From Microcystis aeruginosa NIES-2549 (lineage in GTDB: Bacteria > Cyanobacteriota > Cyanobacteriia > Cyanobacteriales > Microcystaceae), in contig NZ_CP011304.1 of assembly GCF_000981785.2 (NCBI RefSeq), positions 2,400,001-2,432,000 on the forward strand: a stretch of 32,000 nucleotides of DNA. Direction: 5' to 3'. The notes beneath the pieces are model-generated. The model saw only the letters and a program-made list of their open reading frames with translations, was not told where the DNA came from and ran no database searches. Positions 11,314 through 18,424 of the stretch are shown piece after piece; the first letter of the stretch is position 1; each line of letters opens with the position of its first letter. A program made the translations under genes and the position numbers.

Positions 11314-11375
11314 GTTCTCCAATCCTCAACAAGACTACAGTTAACCCAACACAGTTGACCAGATTTCCTCATTGC

Positions 11376-12749
11376 TTATTTACCAATACAAAAACGGCTA
11401 AAAATGCGATCAAGTACCGATTCAGTCACTTCTTCGCCGGTAATTTCTCCTAAGGATTGAATGGCAGCACGCAGATCGATCGACCAAAAATCAAAAGGCA
11501 AATTTTCGTCAATTGTGTTTTTGACCTGTTGCAAAGCAATTTTCGCCCTAGTTAAAGCGGCCGCCTGTCGTTGATTAATGGCTAAATCCAAATTAGCCGC
11601 CTGTATTTCTTGATTTTGGACAGCATTAATAATAGTTTTTTCTAACTCTTCAATACCCTGATTTTGGGCGGCGGAAAGCTTGACAACTCGCTCAATTTCT
11701 GCTGGATAAATTACCGTTTCGGGATGAGCTAAATCAATTTTATTAATCACTAAAATTAATCGGCGATCGCTGACAGAGCGATAAATTTCCTCGTCTTCCT
11801 GGGTCCATCCTGACTCTGCGGAGACGGTTAAGAGAACTAAATCAGCAGACCGGGCCGTTTGGCGGGAACGTTCCACCCCAATTTGTTCGACTCGATCGCT
11901 GGCCGAGCGAATTCCTGCCGTATCGAGGACTTGTACGGGGATTCCCGCCACAACTAGCTGAGATTCGACGATATCGCGGGTGGTGCCGGGTAAATCGGTG
12001 ACAATCGCTCGATCGCTCCGACTCCAAGCATTTAACAAACTGGATTTCCCCACATTCGGCCGTCCCACGATCGCCACTTTCAGACCACTACGCAGCAATT
12101 CCCCGCGCTCGGCGGTGGCTAAAATTAAATTTACTTGACAAAAAACCTGTTCTATGCTATGGAGAACCGCCTCATGATCCAAGGGCGGTAAATCCTCTTC
12201 AAAGTCAATACGGGCCTCAATTTCAGCCAAAATATCGAGACAGGTGGCACGCAAATGGCGGATCGGTTGAGCGAGTTTCCCCTGCAACCCAGCGAGGGCA
12301 AATTGTGCCGCTTGGGGAGAACGCGCCCCAACGAGATCGACGACGCTTTCGGCTTGAGTTAGGTCAATTCTGCCGTTAAGAAAGGCACGCAGGCTAAATT
12401 CCCCCGCTTGTGCCAAACGCGCCCCATTTTCTAGACATAACTGTAACACCTGTTGTACGGGCATAATGCCGCCATGACAGTGAAATTCCACCACATCCTC
12501 GCGGGTGAAAGAGCGGGGCGCTAACATGAGCAACAGCAAAGCTTCATCGATAATTGCCTGACTTTGGGGATGTCGGATATAACCGTAGAGAAGACGATGA
12601 CTTTGCCATTTTTGACGGTTGGGGGTATGGAAAAGCCGACTAGCGATCGCCACTGCCTGACTACCGGATAAACGGACAATACCGATACTACCCTGTTCTG
12701 GAACGATCGCCGTAGCGATGGCGGCGATCGTATCCCCTGTGTTTAACAT
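11376..12749 (-). CDS. mnmE: tRNA modification GTPase MnmE/TrmE
   Basis: G1 motif [23 protein letters not shown] and the invariant C-terminal FCIGK. The likely start is [14 protein letters not shown] at 12749. Confidence 0.93.
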   Translation of the reverse strand: MLNTGDTIAAIATAIVPEQGSIGIVRLSGSQAVAIASRLFHTPNRQKWQSHRLLYGYIRHPQSQAIIDEALLLLMLAPRSFTREDVVEFHCHGGIMPVQQVLQLCLENGARLAQAGEFSLRAFLNGRIDLTQAESVVDLVGARSPQAAQFALAGLQGKLAQPIRHLRATCLDILAEIEARIDFEEDLPPLDHEAVLHSIEQVFCQVNLILATAERGELLRSGLKVAIVGRPNVGKSSLLNAWSRSDRAIVTDLPGTTRDIVESQLVVAGIPVQVLDTAGIRSASDRVEQIGVERSRQTARSADLVLLTVSAESGWTQEDEEIYRSVSDRRLILVINKIDLAHPETVIYPAEIERVVKLSAAQNQGIEELEKTIINAVQNQEIQAANLDLAINQRQAAALTRAKIALQQVKNTIDENLPFDFWSIDLRAAIQSLGEITGEEVTESVLDRIFSRFCIGK

Positions 12750-12802
12750 CTCTGAATCACTCCTTGCTAAAATTGAAGTCAGGATCAATTTTGTCAGCAT
12801 TT

Positions 12803-13336
12803 ATGCCCGAAAATATGCGCTCACGGTCATTAAAAGCGAAAAATAAAGGGAATAACCTAATTAATCGTCTGACGCGCTCCTGTCGCTACTGGTGGGTTCG
12901 CTTGGTGCGATTGCAGGGACATCCGATCGAAATCGCTCGCGGGTTAGCGGTGGGGGTGTTTTCTGGGGCTTTTCCTTGGATGGGATTACAGATCATTATT
13001 GCGATTTTTTTAGCTTTCTGTGTGCGGGGCAATAAAATTGCGGCAGCGGCAGCCACTTGGGTGAGTAATCCTTTTACCTATATTCCCCTGTTTTTGTTTA
13101 ATTATAAATTGGGAGAATTGTTTTTAGGTCAAGGAAATCAAGCGATCGATAGTCGTATTTTTGCCTCTAACCAAAGTTGGGCGGAAAATTGGGCAAGTTT
13201 GAGCGGTGAATTTTTATTAACGCTATTTTTTGGCAGTTTGATTACAGGTCTGTTGGCGAGCATTATCACTTATTTTGTTAGTTATCGTCTCCTCAGTCAA
13301 TGGCATCACCGGCGACAAACAAGGAGAAAACGCTGA
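12803..13336 (+). CDS. DUF2062-family membrane protein
   Basis: RGLAVGVFSGAFPWMGLQIIIAIFLAFCVRGNKIAAAAATWVSNPFTYIPLF is typical of DUF2062. The first ATG is at 12803, divergent from mnmE. Confidence 0.75.
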   Translation: MPENMRSRSLKAKNKGNNLINRLTRSCRYWWVRLVRLQGHPIEIARGLAVGVFSGAFPWMGLQIIIAIFLAFCVRGNKIAAAAATWVSNPFTYIPLFLFNYKLGELFLGQGNQAIDSRIFASNQSWAENWASLSGEFLLTLFFGSLITGLLASIITYFVSYRLLSQWHHRRQTRRKR

Positions 13337-13348
13337 TAAATTGTCACC

Positions 13349-13385
13349 GTTCGGGGGGGACGAAATCTGGTAATCTAAGAGGCAT
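13349..13385 (+). repeat. solo end-fragment of the G-run MITE seen intact at 17947-18098
   Basis: gttcgggggggacgaaatctggtaatctaaga matches gttcagggggggacaaaatctagtaatctaaaa at 17949-17981. Confidence 0.6.
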
Positions 13386-13404
13386 CGATGAGAAGCACCT
13401 ACGG

Positions 13405-14247
13405 TAATCCCATAATAAGTCTAAACTATGATTGAAATGATTGAATGAATACTATGATTGTGTTGTATTCAGCAAACCTTCATCAATGATCAATTATAGT
13501 CCATCCCATAATTCCATAATAAGTCTAAACTATGATTGAAATGATTGAATGAATACTATGATTGTGTTGTATTCAGCAAACCTTCATCAATGATCAATTA
13601 TAGTCCATCCCATAATTCCATAATAAGTCTAAACTATGATTGAAATGATTGAATGAATACTATGATTGTGTTGTATTCAGCAAACCTTCATCAATGATCA
13701 ATTATAGTCCATCCCATAATTCCATAATAAGTCTAAACTATGATTGAAATGATTGAATGAATACTATGATTGTGTTGTATTCAGCAAGTCTTCATCAATG
13801 ATCAGTTATAGTCCATCCCATAATTCCATAATAAGTCTAAACTATGATTGAAATGATTGAATGAATACTATGATTGTGTTGTATTCAGCAAACCTTCATC
13901 AATGATCAATTATAGTCCATCCCATAATTCCATAATAAGTCTAAACTATGATTGAAATGATTGAATGAATACTATGATTGTGTTGTATTCAGCAAGTCTT
14001 CATCAATGATCAATTATAGTCCATCCCATAATCCCATAATAAGTCTAAACTATGATTGAAATGATTGAATGAATACTATGATTGTGTTGTATTCAGCAAA
14101 CCTTCATCAATGATCAATTATAGTCCATCCCATAATTCCATAATAAGTCTAAACTATGATTGAAATGATTGAATGAATACTATGATTAGGTTGTATTCAG
14201 CAAGTCTTCATCAATGATCAATTATAGTCCATCCCATAATTCCATAA
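13405..14247. repeat. tandem array, 104-bp unit x ~8.1 copies
   Basis: The anchor cataataagtctaaactatg recurs at 13411, 13515, 13619, 13723, 13827, 13931, 14035 and 14139, an exact 104-bp period. No ORF of 60 aa or more exists in any frame. Confidence 0.97.
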
Positions 14248-14254
14248 ATCACAG

Positions 14255-14692
14255 TTAAGACGATGGATGTTGCTGTTGTCGCAGCGTTTGTAAGTTTTCC
14301 CGAATATTAACAGTAGTAGGATGATTCTCCCCTAAAGCTTGCTCTGCAATTGCTAAAGCTTGTAAATAGAGTGGTTCTGCTTCTTCGTATTTTCCTTGAG
14401 AATCGTATAATTTTGCTAAACCATTGAGGGAAGATGATACATCGGGATGCTTGTCACCTAATAGTTGTTTCCTCAATTCTAATGCTTGTAAAAAGAGGGT
14501 TTCTGCTTCTTCGTACCTTCCCTGAGATTGGTAGAGTTTTGCTAAATTATTAAGATTTTCAGTGATATTGGGATAGTTATCGCCTTCAAAAATTTCTGGA
14601 CAGTATTTTTTTTGATTTGCCAGAAATTCCTGTGAGGTAACTTCAGTAAAATATTGGTGGATAATATTGCGAAATTCTTTAGGATCTAGCAT
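14255..14692 (-). CDS. TPR-repeat protein (KLC-type TPR_10/12 repeats), 145 aa
   Basis: NLNNLAKLYQSQGRYEEAE and SLNGLAKLYDSQGKYEEAEPLYLQAL repeats. The C-terminus is paralogous to that of 15238..15732. Confidence 0.75.
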   Translation of the reverse strand: MLDPKEFRNIIHQYFTEVTSQEFLANQKKYCPEIFEGDNYPNITENLNNLAKLYQSQGRYEEAETLFLQALELRKQLLGDKHPDVSSSLNGLAKLYDSQGKYEEAEPLYLQALAIAEQALGENHPTTVNIRENLQTLRQQQHPSS

Positions 14693-14708
14693 GGTTAATT
14701 TTCTCCTT

Positions 14709-14966
14709 CTATTTAATTAACTCTTCATACTCATCATGAGAACCAATCCAAAACCAGTAATAATCTTCACCTTTTTTCAATGCTAAAGCTCTATAATTCT
14801 CAGTTATTCGGACTGACTAGACATTTTTCCCTACTTTCTTGAAATGTAATGATCGATGGAAAACATTACTAATCCAGAGACGATAGGCTTTTTTTGCCTG
14901 TTGCTTAATGTAGGGAGGTAAGTTGGCATAACATTGCCAAAAATCAGGAGTTGTTAAGGATTTCAT
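14709..14966 (-). pseudogene. RelE/ParE-superfamily toxin with an in-frame TAG at codon 50
   Basis: My minus-strand translation reads MKSLTTPDFWQCYANLPPYIKQQAKKAYRLWISNVFHRSLHFKKVGKNV*SVRITENYRALALKKGEDYYWFWIGSHDEYEELIK. The stop is at 14817-14819, and the start overlaps the antitoxin 3' end by 23 nt. Confidence 0.7.
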
Positions 14967-15165
14967 CTAAAGGCTTAACTTGATTGTTACTGATATCATT
15001 GTTGACTTTTTGTAATAGTCGATCGAGTTTCCCTGATTCGAGATCGTTTTTTATCTGTTTGTCCCAACTATCATCAAGATAGTCTTGTAACCAAGCTGAT
15101 AATTGATGGATTTCTTCGTCAGGCAACTGGAGAATCGCGGATTCAATATCTTTGAGTGTAGTCAT
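14944..15165 (-). CDS. putative antitoxin partner (73 aa, acidic helical protein)
   Basis: It lies immediately upstream of, and overlaps, the toxin reading frame. The size and acidic composition are typical. The family was not recognised. Confidence 0.55.
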   Translation of the reverse strand: MTTLKDIESAILQLPDEEIHQLSAWLQDYLDDSWDKQIKNDLESGKLDRLLQKVNNDISNNQVKPLDEILNNS

Positions 15166-15237
15166 GATTGTTTGGTTGATTGAAGGTGATTGTATTATTT
15201 TATATTGTTGTATTATCGGATGGGTTAATAACCCATC

Positions 15238-15732
15238 CTACGGGAGCGACTCTAAGTTTTCCCGAATCTTAACAGTATTAGGATGATTCTCCCCTAAAGC
15301 TTGCTCGGCAATTGCTAATGCTTGTAAAAAGAGGGGTTCTGCTTCTAAGTATCTTCCTTGAGAATAGTACAATAATGCTAAATTGTTGAGGGATTGTGCC
15401 ACATCGGGATGATTGTCTCCTAAGAGTCGTTTTCTCAAATCTAATGCTTCTAGATAGAGAGGTTCCGCTTCTGAGTATCTGCATTGGGAACGGTACAATG
15501 CTGCTAAATTGTTGAGGGAAAGTGCCACATAGGGATGATTGTCTCTGAAGAGTCGTTTATACAAATCTAATGCTTCTAGATAGAGAGGTTCCGCTTCTGT
15601 GTACCTGCCTTGGGAACGGTACAATGCTGCTAAATTGTTGAGGGAAGTAGCAAAATCGGGATGTTCTTCTCCTAAGCGGCGGCGAGTTACTTCTAGACAT
15701 TGCTCATACCAAGGTTCAGCTTTTTCGTACAA
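15238..15732 (-). CDS. TPR segment of a split NB-ARC/TPR STAND gene
   Basis: Four KLC-type repeats (SLNNLAALYRSQGRYTEAEPLYLEALDL...). There is no ATG: the frame opens at a TTG two codons after a TAA and overlaps the NB-ARC frame by 40 nt. Confidence 0.75.
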   Translation of the reverse strand: MYEKAEPWYEQCLEVTRRRLGEEHPDFATSLNNLAALYRSQGRYTEAEPLYLEALDLYKRLFRDNHPYVALSLNNLAALYRSQCRYSEAEPLYLEALDLRKRLLGDNHPDVAQSLNNLALLYYSQGRYLEAEPLFLQALAIAEQALGENHPNTVKIRENLESLP

Positions 15733-16616
15733 TCCTTAGCTGCCTCTACCCCTCTTTGCGCCGTCATATCTCCCGAAGGATTCTGCAATGCTGACAACTG
15801 TAAACCCTTATCTATCAACTGCTGCTGCATCGTTGCCAACGTCCAATTAGTACGCCGTTTGAGGAAACGCCCCACCAATTCCAACCCTAAAGGTAAATAC
15901 CCTAGCCACGCACATAGCCCCTTCCCTACCTCTAATTCAGCTTGCAGACGCGACGCACCAATCAGAGATTCCAGTAAAGCAAGGGCGGCTGATTCGCTTA
16001 AAACAGGTAAGCGCAACTGCTCAAACGATGCTGCCAGCCAATTTTGCCGAGTCGTAATCAATACCTTAAAGCGTTGTTCTTGGGGAGGCAAATAATCTTG
16101 GATTTCCTCATACTGATGCACATCATCTAAAATTAGCAGTACATCCCCCGGCGGTTGCCATCTCGCCCAACAATAATCCAATTGCCCCCGCAAATTCAAA
16201 TCTTCCGGGGGAAACAAACCCAACAGCGACTTAGCAAAATCTAATAGTTGTACCCCCACCGTTCCCCCTTGCACCCCTATCCAACAAATACCGCCGGGAT
16301 AAGTCGATTTTTTCTTATGATATAGCGCATACTGGAGGGCTAATTCTGTTTTACCCACTCCTACCATTCCCGTAACGACGGCGGTAATCGCAATTCTTTC
16401 TTGTTGCTGTAACTGGTGGTGCAGTTGTACCATTGCATCTTCACGCCCCACGAAATTAACGGCCCCAGTACGCGCTCGATTGAGATTATTCGGCGATTCT
16501 GCTGGTTTTTCCGCTTGGGGAGTTTGAGGAGGATTGATAATTTGGTCGCCCTGTACAACTCCAGCAACTCCATAGGCTGCGTTGAAGTTTTGCTCAATCT
16601 TGGACTCTTCTGCCAT
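15693..16616 (-). CDS. NB-ARC (AP-ATPase/STAND) P-loop NTPase segment
   Basis: Walker A GMVGVGKTELA, Walker B VLLILDDV, KVLITTR, and the GLPL-type motif GYLPLGLELVG. The preferred start is MAEESKIEQNF at 16616, with GGAG 12-15 nt upstream. The frame ends prematurely before the TPRs. Confidence 0.85.
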   Translation of the reverse strand: MAEESKIEQNFNAAYGVAGVVQGDQIINPPQTPQAEKPAESPNNLNRARTGAVNFVGREDAMVQLHHQLQQQERIAITAVVTGMVGVGKTELALQYALYHKKKSTYPGGICWIGVQGGTVGVQLLDFAKSLLGLFPPEDLNLRGQLDYCWARWQPPGDVLLILDDVHQYEEIQDYLPPQEQRFKVLITTRQNWLAASFEQLRLPVLSESAALALLESLIGASRLQAELEVGKGLCAWLGYLPLGLELVGRFLKRRTNWTLATMQQQLIDKGLQLSALQNPSGDMTAQRGVEAAKDCTKKLNLGMSNV

Positions 16617-16671
16617 TGCTCGGATATCTCCTTTGCCACATTGTAGGATGAGTTCGTAACCCATCCCAATA

Positions 16672-17016
16672 TCACTCTGCTGTTTTCCAACCTTCAATTA
16701 AAGCCATTGTTACATTGAGGTAAGGATTATCTAGAAATTCCTCAAGGGCAGCTTTTCCCCCTGATGTCACCGCGCCTAGCAATCGCTTTCTGACAGGAGT
16801 TGACACCGCCGCATTGATGTAAGCTTCCTTTTGTTTTTCCGTCGCAGTGGGATTTGTCTCTTCCAGTTGTTTGAGCAATCGCTGAATTTCTGCGGCAGCT
16901 TCGGCTAAATCTTGCTTCTGAGAAGAGGGGTAGATAATTTGGTCTCCGGCAACTTTTCCGGCTACTCCGTAAACGGCTGCATTAAAGTTCTGTTGTACTT
17001 CTGGTGAATCAGGCAT
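16672..17016 (-). CDS. small helical protein sharing its N-terminal module with the NB-ARC gene (114 aa)
   Basis: MPDSPEVQQNFNAAVYGVAGKVAGDQIIYP parallels MAEESKIEQNFNAAYGVAGVVQGDQIINPP in the next gene. The rest is predicted to be all-helical (LAEAAAEIQRLLKQLEETNP...ALIEGWKTAE). Confidence 0.65.
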   Translation of the reverse strand: MPDSPEVQQNFNAAVYGVAGKVAGDQIIYPSSQKQDLAEAAAEIQRLLKQLEETNPTATEKQKEAYINAAVSTPVRKRLLGAVTSGGKAALEEFLDNPYLNVTMALIEGWKTAE

Positions 17017-17083
17017 AGCTCATACTCTCACCGATTAAAACGAGGGACAATTCAGATTTCTGTTCAGTATATCGTAACAAAAA

Positions 17084-17219
17084 TGGCTCTCTTGGATTTG
17101 GTGGGTAAAATGTATTCTGAGATAAATTTCTCCTAGGGAGGGAGTGGAAGGAACCACAAAGACACAGAGGACACAAAGATCGACCATAATGTAAGTTAAA
17201 CTGATCACACAGAACCTAT
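17084..17219 (-). repeat. dispersed ~140-bp element, copy 2 (inverted relative to 7401-7540)
   Basis: The reverse complement aligns with 7401-7540, including ttctgtgtgat(c/a)agtttaacttaca, ctttgtgtcct(c/t)tgtgtctttgtggttc and gaatacattttacccaccaaa. Confidence 0.8.
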
Positions 17220-17242
17220 AAGATTTCGAGAAAAAGCTAAAC

Positions 17243-17824
17243 CTACCAAACCCGGGGCGTAAACTCCGCATCATTTAAAATTATTACATTTTCCCCTGAC
17301 TGCACCAACACAAACAAACCCTGACGACAACCATAACTCGCCACCTCATTGGGAACAATCATCGCTGCCACCGCTCCCAAAGCCTTTACATCTCGAAAAC
17401 GAGGCATTAACCGCTTAAACTTCGCCAAACGTTGTAAATGCTCGTCCACATCCCTTTGAGTTAACTTACTTTTGACCTCCACTAAAATGGCATCCGTATC
17501 ATTTACTACCAATAGATCAATCTCTAAACCCTCATTATCCCGTTTTACCGAAATACCGGGGTGAAACTCATGCACATCAATACCCCGCTCTTGAAAAAGA
17601 CGCACCACCGCAGGACGCACTTGCCACTCGACAAACTCTCCTAAACGATTGCCCAACTCCCCAATCTGCTTACTAACCCTGTTAATTTGCTTATCTGTTT
17701 CCTTGATTTGTTTATCCGTTTCTTTTTGAGCTTGGGATAACTCTTGTTGGGATTGGGATAACTCTTGTTGGGATTGAGCTAATTGCTTTAGTATTGCCCG
17801 AATCTCTTCAATAGTGGCTGTCAT
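17243..17824 (-). CDS. coiled-coil plus PD-(D/E)xK-like (restriction-endonuclease-fold) protein
   Basis: EIDLLVVNDTDAILVEVKSKL fits a D...(D/E)xK core. The N-terminal coiled coil has a heptad duplication, SQSQQEL x2. The likely start is MTATIEEIRAIL at 17824. Confidence 0.6.
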   Translation of the reverse strand: MTATIEEIRAILKQLAQSQQELSQSQQELSQAQKETDKQIKETDKQINRVSKQIGELGNRLGEFVEWQVRPAVVRLFQERGIDVHEFHPGISVKRDNEGLEIDLLVVNDTDAILVEVKSKLTQRDVDEHLQRLAKFKRLMPRFRDVKALGAVAAMIVPNEVASYGCRQGLFVLVQSGENVIILNDAEFTPRVW

Positions 17825-17906
17825 AATGAATTTTCTCAAGTTAAAATGAAATTTTCTCTATTATAGCCCGATCGCTTTTTCTCCCTTGAAGTAACTGTTC
17901 AGGGGG

Positions 17907-17949
17907 TAGGTTTGATTCATGAATCAACCCTACAATGAATCAACCCTAG
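17907..17949. repeat. miniature palindromic element (degenerate copy with internal partial duplication)
   Basis: taggtttgattcatgaatcaaccctacaatgaatcaaccctag is flanked by ttcaggggg at 17898-17906 and 17950-17958. Confidence 0.7.
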
Positions 17950-18098
17950 TTCAGGGGGGGACAAAATCTAGTAATCTAAAAAGACGTGGAAAAGAGCGGC
18001 TAATGTGAAAGAGTAGTATCCATCTCGGTGCTGCCCCAGGAGAGTCCTTCCACTGAGTCAATGCCACTGGCGGCTTGACATCCCCCCCCCTGAACGGT
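17947..18098. mobile_element. ~150-bp MITE-like element with G/C-run terminal inverted repeats
   Basis: Left end gttcaggggggga (17949-17961), right end tccccccccctgaac (18081-18095). It has no coding capacity. Confidence 0.55.
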
Positions 18099-18424
18099 TA
18101 CAATGAGACTATACGCCTTATGTAAGTTAAAAGCTGGAATGGTGTAAACTCGTTCGATAGATTATCTCTCTAGTCGGAGTGTTGGACTCAAACACTTGAC
18201 CCCTAATTAGGTTGTTTTAGGTCACATCAAGTGTACTACTTTATTAGGTTTCTTACAGGAAATTTTAAAGGTTTGAGCCTTCGGTAAATCTTTCGAGGTA
18301 GCCTAGTTATCATATCTCAAAAATAGCTTGAGCGATTTTTTCAGAGGATTTTCCTAATGTAAAGTAATATCCTCTGAGTGTTTATAATGTTAAAAATTAA
18401 GTGATTTTTACTCATTTCAGTACA

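Larger units (their letters stand above)
10561..11346 (+). repeat. tandem duplication of a whole small-gene cassette (units 10561-10926 and 10949-11346)
   Basis: The upstream leader (aaagcctagacttaagataaaat.../aaagctagactaagataaaat...), the SD (taggag), the coding sequence and the 3' tail (tgagttctccaat(c)ctcaacaagactacagttaacc) are all duplicated. Confidence 0.9.

Noticed and set aside
13405-14247. The tandem array could be a CRISPR locus.
   Set aside because: The whole 104-bp unit repeats head to tail with no unique spacers. The unit is far longer than CRISPR repeats, and no cas genes are in the window.
17035-17274. A 79-aa minus-strand ORF between the small STAND-partner gene and the PD-(D/E)xK gene.
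   Set aside because: It is composed almost entirely of the dispersed 140-bp repeat and overlaps the stop of the upstream gene. The other copy (7401-7540) does not maintain the frame.
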